Source of the DNA: an uncultured Oscillospiraceae bacterium
Lineage (GTDB): Bacteria > Bacillota > Clostridia > Oscillospirales > JAAYXM01
Assembly (NCBI GenBank): GCA_934646115.1
Contig: CAKUEM010000002.1
Coordinates: 2,274 to 66,273, forward strand
Reading direction: 5' to 3'
Length of the DNA: 64,000 nucleotides
The notes beneath the pieces were generated by a model that was not told the origin of the DNA, ran no database searches, and saw only the letters and a list, made by a program, of their open reading frames with translations. Below are positions 30,600-41,418 of the stretch, piece after piece. Made by a program: the position numbers and the translations under genes. Position 1 is the first letter of the stretch, and every line of letters starts with the position of its first letter.

Positions 30600-32246
30600 T
30601 TATTCCGCCGAAATGATGTAATAATACACCGGCTGCCCGCCATCCAGCAGCATGACCTCGGCATTCGGCGCTTTTTCCTTACAAATCGCTTCGACTACCG
30701 CCGCGTCCTGCTCGGTCACGCCCTCGCCGTAAAAGATCGTGATAAATCCGCAATCGCTCACCTGCATCTGGTCAAGCAGCTTCGACGCAACGGCAGAAAG
30801 CTCCGTCCCATTCGATGAGAGCTTGCTCTCGTTGAGCGCGAGATACTCTCCGCTTGCGATGGCATGCCCATCAAACTCGGAATCGCGCGCGGCGTATGTG
30901 ATCGAGCCGGTCTTCACGCGGCTTGCCGCGGCGGAAAGCGCCTCGATATTCGCCTCGACCGTAGCATCCTGATCAAACGCCAGCAGGGCGGAGATGCCCT
31001 GCGGCATCGAGCGCGTTGGGATCACGACGACCTGCTTATCCGACAGATCGACCGTCTGCTGCGCCGCCATAATAATATTTTTATTGTTCGGGAAGACAAA
31101 TATGACCTCGGCCGGGGTCTGATCGATCGCGGCAAGGATATCCTGCGTGGAGGGGTTCATCGTCTGCCCGCCTTCGACAAGCTGATCTACGCCGAGATCC
31201 GTGAACACGCCGCGCACGCCCTCGCCCACGCCGACCGCAACAAAGCCATACTTCTTCTCCGGCGCGACCGACTTGCGCACGCTCGCGCGGTTTTCCTCAG
31301 AAATGACCTTCTGCGTATGCTGCTCACGCATGTTTTCAATTTTAATATTGATGAGATCGCCATATTTCAGCGCCTCATTGAGCGCCTTATCCGGCTGATT
31401 GGTATGCACATGCACCTTAATGATCTCATCATCATCCACAACCACGACGCAATCTCCGATCGATTCGAGCAACGCGCGCAGCCGCGCCGCGCCGATCTTT
31501 TTGCCCTCGCGGCTCATCGTGATGATATACTCCGTGCAGTAGGTAAACGTGATGTCCGCATCCTCCTGCGCAAACGACGCGCCAGCCGCCGGGGCGCTTT
31601 CTTCCTCGGCCTCGACCAGCTCCTTGCCGGACAGCGCGTCATACATCGCTTCCAGCACAAGAACCCAGCCCTTGCCGCCCGCGTCCACAACGCCCGCCTT
31701 TTTCAAAACCGGGTTCTGCTCTGTGGTATCGGCGAGTGCGGCCTCCGCCTCGGCGATCGTTTTTTCAAGCAGGACGAGGATGTCCTCCGTGCCGGCGGAC
31801 ACTGTGCGCGCCCGCTCCGCCGCGCGGCGCGAGACCGAAAGAATCGTCCCCTCCGCGGGCTTCATGACCGCGCGATATGCCGCTTCCACGCCGCTTTCCA
31901 GCGCGGTGGCAAACGTAATTGCGTTTAATTCTTTAAAATTTGCGCTGTATTTCGCGATCCCGCGGAACAGGAGCGATAAAATAACCCCGGAATTTCCGCG
32001 CGCGCCGCGCAGCAGCGCCGATGCGGTCGCCTCCGCCGCCTGCCCCACAGTTTCCGGCTCAAGCGCGCGCAACGCCGCCGCCGCGGATTTCATCGTCAGC
32101 GACATGTTGACGCCCGTATCACCGTCCGGTACCGGAAACACGTTGAGTTCGTTGAGCGTTTGCCGGTTTTTTTCGATCGCCGCAGATGCAAACAGAACGA
32201 TTTGTTTAAAATCCCCGGCGGTTATCGTTTTTTTCAAGACCTGCAC
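30600..32246 (-). CDS. yloV: DAK2-domain protein YloV
   Basis: N-terminal Dak2 domain (PDGDTGVNM) plus a DegV-like C-terminal half. Paired with the upstream Asp23-family gene. Confidence 0.88.
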   Translation of the reverse strand: MQVLKKTITAGDFKQIVLFASAAIEKNRQTLNELNVFPVPDGDTGVNMSLTMKSAAAALRALEPETVGQAAEATASALLRGARGNSGVILSLLFRGIAKYSANFKELNAITFATALESGVEAAYRAVMKPAEGTILSVSRRAAERARTVSAGTEDILVLLEKTIAEAEAALADTTEQNPVLKKAGVVDAGGKGWVLVLEAMYDALSGKELVEAEEESAPAAGASFAQEDADITFTYCTEYIITMSREGKKIGAARLRALLESIGDCVVVVDDDEIIKVHVHTNQPDKALNEALKYGDLINIKIENMREQHTQKVISEENRASVRKSVAPEKKYGFVAVGVGEGVRGVFTDLGVDQLVEGGQTMNPSTQDILAAIDQTPAEVIFVFPNNKNIIMAAQQTVDLSDKQVVVIPTRSMPQGISALLAFDQDATVEANIEALSAAASRVKTGSITYAARDSEFDGHAIASGEYLALNESKLSSNGTELSAVASKLLDQMQVSDCGFITIFYGEGVTEQDAAVVEAICKEKAPNAEVMLLDGGQPVYYYIISAE

Positions 32247-32252
32247 CCCCGA

Positions 32253-32600
32253 TTAGTCGACCATGATCGAGTCAACGCAAACGTTCACGCATTTGACCTT
32301 GACTCGGGTCAGCCTTTCAACAATATAGCGGACCTCCGTCATGATCGACTGGCACACCGCGGTGATATTCACGCCGTGCTCCACCACGATATGGATCTCA
32401 ATTGCAACGCGCCCCTCCTCAAAGGAAACCTTCACGCCGCGCGAAATATTCTCTTTTTTCAGCAGACTGACGATCCCGTCCTTCATGCTGCGCTGCGCCA
32501 TACCCTTCACGCCGAAACAATTCATCGCGGCGCGCCCGGAAATAACCGTAAACACTTCATTGGATATATCAATAAGGCCTTTATCGTTTTGAATGGTCAT
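32253..32600 (-). CDS. Asp23/Gls24-family envelope stress protein (YloU-like)
   Basis: 115 aa with typical Asp23 sequence (GLIDISNEVFTVISGRAA...VKVSFEEG...IVVEHGVNI). Confidence 0.85.
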   Translation of the reverse strand: MTIQNDKGLIDISNEVFTVISGRAAMNCFGVKGMAQRSMKDGIVSLLKKENISRGVKVSFEEGRVAIEIHIVVEHGVNITAVCQSIMTEVRYIVERLTRVKVKCVNVCVDSIMVD

Positions 32601-32699
32601 GACGATCCTCCTTTTCTCAAAGCATCTCTACTTATTTTATTACATCTTCCCGAAAAACTCAATAGCAAGCGCATATTTTTATTGCGCGCAACGCATCTT

Positions 32700-34766
32700 T
32701 CAAAGCGTTTGCTGCGCGATGCCGCTTTGGCGCGCAACCTCCGCCTCGCGCGCGTGGCAGCTAAACAGCAGGATCTGCCGCCGCTCCGCAAGCTCGAAAA
32801 GCACGGTAAGCGCCGCGCGCATGCGCGTATCGTCAAAATTCACGAGCGCATCGTCCAGAAAAATTGGCGCATCCTCGGGCAGAATCTGCTCGCACAGCGC
32901 AAGCCGCACCGCGAGATACAGCTCGTCCAGCGTCCCCTGCGACAGGGTGAGCACGCTGCGCGGCGGGGCGGCGTCGCGCTCTGCAACCGCCAGATTCATC
33001 TGCCCGTCCTGTATTTGCACGATCTCAAAATGCCCGCCGGTAAATCGGTGAAACAATTTGCCCGCGCGGCGCTCCAGCGCCGGGGCGAATTTGCGCTGCA
33101 TCTCCGCCTGGATCGCGCCGAGCGTGTCGATCGCGGCGGAAAGCGCCCTTTGATCCACGCGCAGCGCCGCGATCTGCTCATCCAGTTCGCGCGCCTCGGT
33201 CTCCAGCGCGCCAAGCTCCCCGCGCCCGGCGATGCGCGCCTGCAATGCCGCGCTCTGCGCCTCGTGATATGCGCGCGCCCGGCGGCTTTCTTCAATTTGC
33301 GCGGCGAGCTGTTCCGCGCTCCGTCCGGGCGCGGTCTCCGCCGACTGTGCTGCTATGCGGGAGAGCGCCTCCCGGTCACGCCCGTGCTGCGCGGTCTCCG
33401 CGCGAACGCGCGCATGTGACAGCTGCGTGCGCGCCGCCTCGATCTCCTGCACATGCAGCGCATCGTCGCGCAGGATCGCCGCCGCATCCTCCGCGCAGTA
33501 ATCCTCGCGAAGCATCCGCAGCACAGAACACAGCAGCTCCTCCTGCTGCGCGCGCAGCTCCGCCGCCTGCGCAAGCTCCTCCTCGCCAAGCGCGACATGC
33601 TGCGCAAGCCGCTCGCGCTCTTCCGCCTTTTCGCGCAGCGCGCGCCGGTTTTTCACCCCGCATTTCGCGCAATGCGCGCGGTCAAGCAGCCAAACGCTCA
33701 GCCCAAACGCCGCGATCGCCGCAAGCGCCGCGACCCATATGCGGAAAAACGCGACCCCCGCAAACACCGCAGCGGCGCAGGCGAGCGCGATCAAAAGCTG
33801 CCGCTGCATCCCGGTGGGGCAGGGGGGACACGCCGCCAATTCCGCCCGCATTTTTTGCAGTTTTTCGCTACATTCTGTATATTTTATATCGGATTCTTCA
33901 AATTGTTTTTGTTTTTCAGCGATTTGCACGCGCTGTTCCTCAGAGAGCGGGCGCGCCGCCACCAGCGCGCGCAGCTGCGCTTCGCACTGCTCGACCGCGC
34001 GCTCTGTCTCATCCAAATAGGCAAGCTCCGCGCGCGCCGCCTGCGCCTTCGCCGCAGTCATGGCGGCAGCGGCGGCAGATTCTTCCTCGCGCAGGCGCTC
34101 GATCTCCGCATGATGCCGCGTGAGCGCGTGCGCGTCTGCGCGCGCATCCTCCAGATTTTTGCGCACCAGCTCACGCCGTGCAAGATGCTCCGGCAGCGCG
34201 CCTCGCTGATTGTACTGGATCGCATTCTGCCATTTTTTCAGCCGGTCAAGCACCAGCTTTTGCGAAAGGTCCTCCTCGCCCGTGGTGGAAAGCGCGGTGA
34301 TCCGCCGCTCCAGCTCGCCGGTTTTGTCGCCGCTGAGCGGAAGCTGCGCCTGCGCGATAAATGCGCTGCGCTCAAACACCTCGCGCCGCACGCCAAGCAG
34401 CGTATCGCCCACCGGCTCTGGAATATCCAGCACCTCGCCGGTGTCCCGGTCGGAGATCTGCGCCTTTTGCAGCACGCCGCCGCGCCCACTGCGGCGCTCC
34501 AACACGCAGCGCCTGCCCTGCCAGGTGAACTCAATTTTTCCATACATCGGCTCGCCCGACCACGGCGCATATTTTTCTTTATCCGCGAGAAACCCGGTTT
34601 TGCTTTTTTCGCGCGTGGACACGCCATACAGCATGACGCGCAGAAACGCGCTCCAGGTCGATTTTCCGCTTTCGTTTCCGCCGCAGATCACGTTCATTCC
34701 GGGCGCCAGCGTGAGTGTTTGCTCTCGCAGCTTGCCAAAGGTCGCGTGCATTTTTTCAATTCTCAT
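32700..34766 (-). CDS. YhaN-like AAA/SMC-type ATPase (SbcC/Rad50-related) with central TM hairpin and coiled coils
   Basis: Walker A GGNESGKST, long coiled coils, two central TM helices, and C-terminal signature and D-loop (IFLDDALVNFD). Confidence 0.8.
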   Translation of the reverse strand: MRIEKMHATFGKLREQTLTLAPGMNVICGGNESGKSTWSAFLRVMLYGVSTREKSKTGFLADKEKYAPWSGEPMYGKIEFTWQGRRCVLERRSGRGGVLQKAQISDRDTGEVLDIPEPVGDTLLGVRREVFERSAFIAQAQLPLSGDKTGELERRITALSTTGEEDLSQKLVLDRLKKWQNAIQYNQRGALPEHLARRELVRKNLEDARADAHALTRHHAEIERLREEESAAAAAMTAAKAQAARAELAYLDETERAVEQCEAQLRALVAARPLSEEQRVQIAEKQKQFEESDIKYTECSEKLQKMRAELAACPPCPTGMQRQLLIALACAAAVFAGVAFFRIWVAALAAIAAFGLSVWLLDRAHCAKCGVKNRRALREKAEERERLAQHVALGEEELAQAAELRAQQEELLCSVLRMLREDYCAEDAAAILRDDALHVQEIEAARTQLSHARVRAETAQHGRDREALSRIAAQSAETAPGRSAEQLAAQIEESRRARAYHEAQSAALQARIAGRGELGALETEARELDEQIAALRVDQRALSAAIDTLGAIQAEMQRKFAPALERRAGKLFHRFTGGHFEIVQIQDGQMNLAVAERDAAPPRSVLTLSQGTLDELYLAVRLALCEQILPEDAPIFLDDALVNFDDTRMRAALTVLFELAERRQILLFSCHAREAEVARQSGIAQQTL

Positions 34767-35845
34767 CGCACGTCCTCCCGATTTTCCAGCGCGGCAACGC
34801 CAAACGCCGCAGCGCGCGCCAGCACTTGCCGCGTCTCTTCGTCCGCCGTTTCCATCATGGCGCGCAGCCTCCGCAGGAACATGCCCTTCACGCTCTCTTC
34901 CTCAACCGCCGCCCAAATATCGCGCGGCGCATGCGTCCGGTCGATCAGGCGCAGCGAATAAAACCGCCCGGCAAGCGCCTGCTCCCACGCGGCGAGATCC
35001 GGCGCGGCACACGCGCCCTGCAAAATCATGCGGCACACCTCATGCGTGCAATCCGCCGGAATTTGCTGCAAAATACTATCCAAATCGGATTCTTCTATAT
35101 TGATAATACGCTCCGTATAGCTATATGGCGAGATTTTACGGAATTTCAGGTCGATCGCGCCGGGCGCGACCGTGCCGATCAAAATGCCTTTTTCGCCGGT
35201 TTCGTCGAAGCCGCGACCCTCCGGTGTGCCGGGATAGGCATAGACCGTTTCTCCTGCGCGCAGCAGCCCGCTCGCGCTATGCACATGTCCGAGCGCGAGG
35301 TAATCCAGCCCGCTCGCGCCGATCTGCTGCTCCGAGATCGGGTTATAGGTCGAGGCGGGGTTGCCGACCTCGCCATGCAGCACCATCAGCGACAGCGCAT
35401 CATCGTGCGCGCAAAAATGCGCAAGCAGCGGCGTGGCGCACGCGGGCGTTACAAATCCTGCGCCGTATACCACGCAGCCAAGCTGCGGCAGCGGCACGCG
35501 CTCGATCGTTTGCGCGCGAAACAGGTGGACGTTTTCAGAAAAGCGCACCGAGCGATAAGGCGAATCCGCGCTGTAAGGGTCATGATTTCCGGGTGCGATA
35601 AAGATACGCGCGCGGCTTTTGGAAAACGCGTCGCTCAGCGCTTCGGCGGTTTCATAATAAGCGTTCTCGCCGTCAAACAAATCGCCCGCGAGCAGGATGA
35701 GATCGACCTGCTCTTCATTGCCCAGCTCGACCAGGTCGCGCACGAGCTGGCGCTGATGGGCGCGGCGCTCGCGCGCCTGCTGCGGCGTAAGTGCGGCGAA
35801 GGCACTGTCGAGATGCAGATCCGCCGCGTGGATGATTTTGATCAT
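34763..35845 (-). CDS. YhaO-like metallophosphoesterase (SbcD/Mre11-related nuclease subunit)
   Basis: MIKIIHAADLHLDS, GDLFD, GNHD and GHVH motifs. Start moved to the ATG at 35843-35845, preceded by GGAG. Confidence 0.85.
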   Translation of the reverse strand: MIKIIHAADLHLDSAFAALTPQQARERRAHQRQLVRDLVELGNEEQVDLILLAGDLFDGENAYYETAEALSDAFSKSRARIFIAPGNHDPYSADSPYRSVRFSENVHLFRAQTIERVPLPQLGCVVYGAGFVTPACATPLLAHFCAHDDALSLMVLHGEVGNPASTYNPISEQQIGASGLDYLALGHVHSASGLLRAGETVYAYPGTPEGRGFDETGEKGILIGTVAPGAIDLKFRKISPYSYTERIINIEESDLDSILQQIPADCTHEVCRMILQGACAAPDLAAWEQALAGRFYSLRLIDRTHAPRDIWAAVEEESVKGMFLRRLRAMMETADEETRQVLARAAAFGVAALENREDVR

Positions 35846-35850
35846 AGCGC

Positions 35851-36630
35851 TCACTCCTGCGTAAATTGAATGCGGCGGACGCTTTGGCAGCGGAAATCCT
35901 GATCGTCCAGCCGGAAGACCGCGCCGCAGATTCGGCACGGACCGGACGCGGTTTCAAACCGCACGGGGACCTCGCCGCGGAACATTTTCAGCGACTGCTC
36001 TGGCCGCACGCCGAGCACGGAATGGATCGGCCCGGTCATGCCGATATCGGTCACATAGCCCAGCCCGCCGGGGAATATGCATTCATCCGCGGTTTGCACA
36101 TGCGTATGCGTGCCCCAAAGGGCAGAGACCTTTCCATCGACGTGATACGCCATGGCGATCTTCTCGCTCGTTGCGCCCGCATGAAAATCGATCACGGTGA
36201 AATCCGCGAGGCGCGCGGTCTCGCGCAGCAGGCGCGACACGCAGCTAAACGGATTATCCGGTCCGAAATCCATCCCGCAGCGACCGATCAGATTGATCAC
36301 GCAGATCATCTTGCTTTTGACATGAAAAATGCCGTGGCCGCGGCCGGGCGCAAGATCCGCCAGGTTCGCCGGGCGCAAAATATATCCGTCTTCATCCAAA
36401 AAGCGCGCGATCTCGCGCTTGCCCCAAACGTGGTTGCCCAGCGTGATCACGTCTGCGCCGGCGGTATAGAGCCGGTGCGCAAGCGATGACGTGATGCCCA
36501 CGCCTGCGGCGTTTTCGCCGTTCACCACGGTGAAATCGACCTCATTTTCCTGCTTGATGCGGCGCAGGTTGCGCTCAAGCGCAGAAACGCCGATCTCGCC
36601 GACCACATCGCCGATTGCTAAAATATTCAA
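35851..36630 (-). CDS. ymdB: YmdB-family metallophosphoesterase (2,3-cyclic-nucleotide phosphodiesterase)
   Basis: NILAIGDVVG, VNGENAA, GNHVW and WGTHTHVQTAD motifs. TTG start preceded by GGAGG. Downstream of rny, as in Bacillus. Confidence 0.9.
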   Translation of the reverse strand: MNILAIGDVVGEIGVSALERNLRRIKQENEVDFTVVNGENAAGVGITSSLAHRLYTAGADVITLGNHVWGKREIARFLDEDGYILRPANLADLAPGRGHGIFHVKSKMICVINLIGRCGMDFGPDNPFSCVSRLLRETARLADFTVIDFHAGATSEKIAMAYHVDGKVSALWGTHTHVQTADECIFPGGLGYVTDIGMTGPIHSVLGVRPEQSLKMFRGEVPVRFETASGPCRICGAVFRLDDQDFRCQSVRRIQFTQE

Positions 36631-36876
36631 GTGAAAGCCTCCTCAAAGATGCGTATGTCATCCGCCGCGCGCGGCGTTTTCATTTTTTATGTGCGCGAAA
36701 GCTGCCGGGGGATGGCGCACGTCCGGGCAAACGCGCCCGCACATGCGGCGAAACGTTCCGCAAGGCGCGCGGAACGGATACGCCTTCGCACGAGCCCGGC
36801 GCGTGGAAAGGAAAGAGGGCGCCGCAGGGAAGGCGAGCGCCTCCGCCAGCCTGTCCCTTCTGCACCCTCATGCTTT

Positions 36877-38427
36877 TTATTTTGCAAATTCGATCGCGCG
36901 CGTTTCGCGGATCAGGTGGATCTTGATCTGACCCGGATAGTCCAGCTCATCCTCGACCTTCTTCGCAAGCTCGCGCGAGAGCAGGATCATCTCATCATCG
37001 TTGACCTCATCCGGCTTGACGATAATGCGGATCTCGCGCCCCGCCTGGATCGCGTAAGACCGCTCGACGCCCGGGAAAATATTTGCGATCTCTTCCAGCT
37101 TCTCCAGCCGCTTGATGTAATTTTCAAGGTTTTCACGCCGTGCGCCCGGTCGCGCCGCGGAAATCGCGTCTGCCGCCTGAACAAGACATGCGACAACGGT
37201 TTTCGCCTCCACGTCGCCATGGTGCGCCTCGATCGCGTGAATGACCTCGGGGCTTTCCTTATACTTTTTCGCGATATCAACGCCGATGGAGATATGCGAG
37301 CCCTCGACCTCATGGTCGACCGCCTTGCCGATATCATGCAGCAGACCCGCGCGCTTTGCGAGCATGACGTCCACGCCAAGCTCCGCCGCAAGCAGCCCCG
37401 CCACGTGCGAGACCTCGATCGAATGCATGAGCACGTTTTGCCCATAGCTCGTGCGATAACGCAGCCGACCGAGCAGGCGGATGATCTCAGGATTCAAGCC
37501 ATGCACGCCGGTTTCAAATGTGGCGCGCTCGCCCTCCTGCTTGATCGTGGTTTCCACCTCGCGGCGCGCTTTCTCCACCATTTCCTCAATACGGGCAGGG
37601 TGGATGCGCCCGTCAACAATCAGCTTTTCCAGCGCGATACGCGCGATCTCGCGGCGCACCGGGTCAAAGCTTGAAAGCGTGATCGCCTCCGGCGTATCGT
37701 CGATGATCAGATCCACGCCGGTCAGCGTTTCGAGCGTGCGGATATTGCGGCCCTCGCGCCCGATAATGCGGCCCTTCATATCGTCATTCGGCAGCGGAAC
37801 GACCGAAACCGTCGCCTCCGCGACGTGATCCGCCGCGCATTTTTGAATGGCAAGCGAGATCAGCTCGCGCGCCTTCGCGTCTGCCTCTTCTTTATACTGG
37901 TTTTCGATCTCCTTGGTACGCATCGCGTATTCATGCCGCAGCTCAGACTCAAGATTTGCGACCATATCGCGCTTCGCTTCCTCCGCCGTATAGCCCGAGA
38001 TTTTTTCAAGCATCTCAAGCTGGCTGCGCTTTAACAGCGCGACCTCCTCGGCAACTTTATCGTTCTGCGCGATTTTTGCGGCAAGCTGCGCTTCTTTTTT
38101 CTCAAGCGCATCGTATTTTTTATCGAGCGTTTCTTCCTTCTGCGTAATGCGGCGCTCCTGCTTTTGCACCTCGCTGCGCCGCTCCTTCATCTCGCGGTCA
38201 AACTCCGTTCGATTTTTATGGATTTCTTCTTTTGTTTCGATCAGCGCCTCGCGCTTCTTGTTTTCTGACGCTTTGATCGCGTCGTTAATAATTCGCTTCG
38301 CCTCATCCTCCGCACTGCCGATCTGCTTTTCCGCAATTTTCTTGCGATACCCCACACCCATGAAAAAGGCGGCGATGATCAACACGACCGCAACGGCGGC
38401 GGCAATACTCCAAATAACAATATCCAT
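36877..38427 (-). CDS. rny: Ribonuclease Y
   Basis: N-terminal TM helix, coiled coil, KH domain ([12 protein letters not shown]) and HD domain (HSIEVSH...LLHDIGK). Start moved to MDIVIW (ATG 38425-38427). Confidence 0.95.
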   Translation of the reverse strand: MDIVIWSIAAAVAVVLIIAAFFMGVGYRKKIAEKQIGSAEDEAKRIINDAIKASENKKREALIETKEEIHKNRTEFDREMKERRSEVQKQERRITQKEETLDKKYDALEKKEAQLAAKIAQNDKVAEEVALLKRSQLEMLEKISGYTAEEAKRDMVANLESELRHEYAMRTKEIENQYKEEADAKARELISLAIQKCAADHVAEATVSVVPLPNDDMKGRIIGREGRNIRTLETLTGVDLIIDDTPEAITLSSFDPVRREIARIALEKLIVDGRIHPARIEEMVEKARREVETTIKQEGERATFETGVHGLNPEIIRLLGRLRYRTSYGQNVLMHSIEVSHVAGLLAAELGVDVMLAKRAGLLHDIGKAVDHEVEGSHISIGVDIAKKYKESPEVIHAIEAHHGDVEAKTVVACLVQAADAISAARPGARRENLENYIKRLEKLEEIANIFPGVERSYAIQAGREIRIIVKPDEVNDDEMILLSRELAKKVEDELDYPGQIKIHLIRETRAIEFAK

Positions 38428-38759
38428 TCTTCTCTTCGTGCACCTCCTGAAAAATTTTAATAGAGGAGGCACTGACGATCGCTCAGAGGGCTTCCATTCG
38501 TTCAAATTATTGTAAGATAATCAAAATCAGCCTGTTATGTTCGATTTTCTATCACTCACAGGAATTTTCCCGTTGTTGAAATGCTCACCGGCGTCTCAGT
38601 GTCCCAAAAAGACCCCTTACCCATGCGCTGCAAGGGATCCGCCCGCCTCCGCGCAATGGGAAACGGGACCGGATAAAAACACCTTCATGCCCCGGCGCGG
38701 CGCAAAGGACGCCATGCGCGCGGGCGCAATCCGACGATGCAATCTTGCATACTAGTTTT

Positions 38760-38788
38760 ATTTTAGTGGTTTTTACACCAAATGTCAA
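38760..38788 (-). promoter_or_regulatory. Candidate promoter of rny, implying a leader of about 325 nt
   Basis: TTGACA (38783-38788), 17-nt spacer, TAAAAT (38760-38765). Confidence 0.6.
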
Positions 38789-38817
38789 GATAAATTCCCA
38801 TCTTTCGTATCATTTAA

Positions 38818-38858
38818 CCAAAACAGCGGGGCGCGGCACAAACGCTTTGCCGCGCCCC
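38818..38858 (-). terminator. Intrinsic terminator after metH
   Basis: GGGGCGCGGCA-N9-TGCCGCGCCCC, an 11-bp stem followed by GCUGUUUUGG on the minus strand. Confidence 0.8.
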
Positions 38859-38886
38859 GTGGAGGTCATACATGAAATATATGGGC

Positions 38887-41241
38887 TTACCCGCCGAAAA
38901 GTTGCTCGGCGTAATGCACAGAGCCCATCGCATCCTTGCTATAAAAGTCCGCGCCGATCGCCGTGGCATACTCCTGCGTCAGCACCGCGCCGCCGACCAT
39001 CACGCGGCAGTCCGGGCACTGCGCGCGCAGCTGGCGGATCGTTTCCGCCATGGCGGGAACGGTCGTGGTCATAAGCGCAGACAGCCCGACCAGCCTGATC
39101 TTCTCGCGCCGGGCGGTTTCGACCACGGTCTCCGGCGCGACGTCACGCCCGAGATCGAGGATGTCAAACCCGTAATTTTCTAAAAGCACCTTCACAATAT
39201 TTTTCCCGATATCATGGATATCGCCCTGCACGGTCGCAAGCACGATGCGCCCCTTGCGCGCGGGCATGCCGCCGGTTGCGACCATCTGCTCTTTCACCGC
39301 GTCAAACGCGGCGCGCGCCGCCTCGGCGCTCATCAGAAGCTGCGGCAGGAACACGCGCCCCTCCTCAAAGCCGCGACCCACGCGGTCTAACGCGGGGACG
39401 AGCTGCTCATTGATGACCGAGAGCGGCTCGCAGCTTTTTAAAAGCTCCTGCGCTGCGGCATATGCGGGATCGCGCATGCCATGCTCGATCGCATCGGAAA
39501 GCGTGAGCGCGCCGTCATTTTTCGGGCGCTGCTCCTCCGCCGTGCCGCTGTATTTTTCGATATAATCCGCGCAATTTGCGTCCTTCGCGGCGAGCGCGCG
39601 ATACGCATAATAGCTGCGCAGCATCGCGTCTGCATTCGGGTTAATGATCGCGGCGTCCAGCCCGGCGGCAAGCGCCTGGGCATAAAAATTCGCATTGATG
39701 ATCTCGCGCCGGGGCAGCCCAAACGAGATATTCGACACGCCGAGGATCGTCCGCACGCCGAGCCGCTCTTTGACCATGCGCAGCGCGGCAAGCGTTGTAC
39801 ATGCACCCTGCGGATCGGACGAGATCGTCATGCACAGCACGTCGATCACGATATCCTCGCGCGCGATCCCATATTCCGCCGCGCGGGTCACGATTTTTTC
39901 CGCCACGCGGAAGCGCCCCTCCGCCGTGTCCGGAATTCCTTCCTCATCCAGCGTCAGCCCGACGACCACGCCGCCATACTTGCGCACCAGCGGGAACACC
40001 GCGCGCATCGATTCCTCCTTGCCGTTGACCGAATTGATCATCGCCTTGCCGTTATACCGGCGCAGCGCGGCGGCAAGCGCCTGCGCGTCCGACGTGTCGA
40101 GCTGGAGCGGCAGATCGATCACGCCCTGCACGCGCTCCATGACCTCAACCAAGGTTTTCGGCTCATCCAGCTCCGGCAGCCCGACGTTTACATCGAGGAT
40201 ATGCGCGCCGCTCTGCTGCTGCGCCAGCCCCTCGCGCAGGATATAATCCATATCGCCGCTGCGCAGCGCCGCCTGGAAGCGCTTTTTCCCGGTCGGGTTG
40301 ATACGCTCGCCGATGATGACCGGATCGTCTGAAATTTCGACCGCGCGCGCATAGGACGCAACCCAGGTTCGATGCGGCGCGGCGATCGGCTTCGGGCGGA
40401 TATCGCGGCAGAGCGCCACGGTTTTTGCGATATGCTCCGGCGTTGTGCCGCAGCAGCCGCCGACCGCCCACGCGCCCATTTCCGCAATGTCGCGCATGGT
40501 CTGCGCGAAAGTGTCTGCATCGATATCATACACGGTTTGACCGTTTTCCGCACGCGGAAGCCCGGCGTTCGGGTTCACGATGACGGGAAGCTTTGTCAGC
40601 GCGAGCATCTCGCGCACAAGCTCTTTCATCTGGATCGGGCCCAGCCCGCAGTTGATGCCGATCGCGTCTACGCCCAGACCCTCGAGCAGCGCGACCACGC
40701 AGGCAATGCTGCCGCCGGTGAGCAGTTTTCCTTTCTCGTCAAACACAACGGTTGCAAACACGGGGAGCGACGCGTTTTCCTTCGCGGCGAGCACCGCCGC
40801 CTTCAGCTCATACAGGTCGCTCATTGTTTCGATATGCACCACGTCCGCGCCCGCCGCCGCGCCTGCGCGCACCATTTCGGCAAACACATCGACCGCATCG
40901 TCAAAATCAAGATCGCCCAGCGGCGCAAGCAGCTTCCCGGTCGGCCCGATATCCAGCGCGACCAGCCCCGGCCCCGCGCGCCGCGCGGTCTGCACCGCGG
41001 CGGTAATGACCTGCTCCGGCGTATAGCCGCAATCGCCCAGCTTCAGGCGGTTTGCGCCGAACGTGTTTGCCATCACGATATCCGCGCCCGCCTCAAAATA
41101 GCGCCGATGGATATCCAGAAGCACCTCCGGGTGTTCTATATTCCACGTTTCCGGCGCAACACCGGGCGCAAGCCCCGCTTCAAACAGCAGGCTGCCCGTT
41201 CCGCCATCAAAAAAAATCATCTGCTCGCCCCAGTGTTTCAC
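38887..41241 (-). CDS. metH: Cobalamin-dependent methionine synthase, short form (Hcy-binding, pterin-binding and B12-binding domains; no activation domain)
   Basis: Hcy S-methyltransferase domain (GGCCGTTPEHI), pterin-binding domain, and B12 motif GDIHDIGKN. GTG start preceded by AGGAGCG. Confidence 0.9.
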   Translation of the reverse strand: MKHWGEQMIFFDGGTGSLLFEAGLAPGVAPETWNIEHPEVLLDIHRRYFEAGADIVMANTFGANRLKLGDCGYTPEQVITAAVQTARRAGPGLVALDIGPTGKLLAPLGDLDFDDAVDVFAEMVRAGAAAGADVVHIETMSDLYELKAAVLAAKENASLPVFATVVFDEKGKLLTGGSIACVVALLEGLGVDAIGINCGLGPIQMKELVREMLALTKLPVIVNPNAGLPRAENGQTVYDIDADTFAQTMRDIAEMGAWAVGGCCGTTPEHIAKTVALCRDIRPKPIAAPHRTWVASYARAVEISDDPVIIGERINPTGKKRFQAALRSGDMDYILREGLAQQQSGAHILDVNVGLPELDEPKTLVEVMERVQGVIDLPLQLDTSDAQALAAALRRYNGKAMINSVNGKEESMRAVFPLVRKYGGVVVGLTLDEEGIPDTAEGRFRVAEKIVTRAAEYGIAREDIVIDVLCMTISSDPQGACTTLAALRMVKERLGVRTILGVSNISFGLPRREIINANFYAQALAAGLDAAIINPNADAMLRSYYAYRALAAKDANCADYIEKYSGTAEEQRPKNDGALTLSDAIEHGMRDPAYAAAQELLKSCEPLSVINEQLVPALDRVGRGFEEGRVFLPQLLMSAEAARAAFDAVKEQMVATGGMPARKGRIVLATVQGDIHDIGKNIVKVLLENYGFDILDLGRDVAPETVVETARREKIRLVGLSALMTTTVPAMAETIRQLRAQCPDCRVMVGGAVLTQEYATAIGADFYSKDAMGSVHYAEQLFGG

Positions 41242-41369
41242 AGCATTCGCTCCTGTTCTATCTCATTTCACCGCGCCGCGCCGCGGATTTCTTGCCTTTT
41301 CTTATCATTAACATACCATAAAACCCGTCAAAATTCAATGCGCGCGTAAAATTTATGGCAGGGGAGCGC

Positions 41370-41410
41370 GCAAAAAACCGAGGTGCATCCGCTTGCAGAC
41401 GCCCCCGGTT
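41370..41410 (-). terminator. Terminator-like hairpin between the activation-domain gene and metH
   Basis: AACCGGGG...CCUCGGUU with an extended inner stem, followed by U6 on the minus strand. Confidence 0.6.
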
Positions 41411-41418
41411 CTCTCGTT

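Noticed and set aside
36631-36876. A 246-bp GC-rich spacer between rny and ymdB containing hairpins: CGTTCCGC-N7-GCGGAACG at 36754-36776 and CGCCGCGCGCGGCG at 36664-36677.
   Set aside because: No hairpin has a convincing U-run on the coding (minus) strand, and no promoter consensus was found. It may be a processing or partial-termination region, but I cannot support a specific feature.
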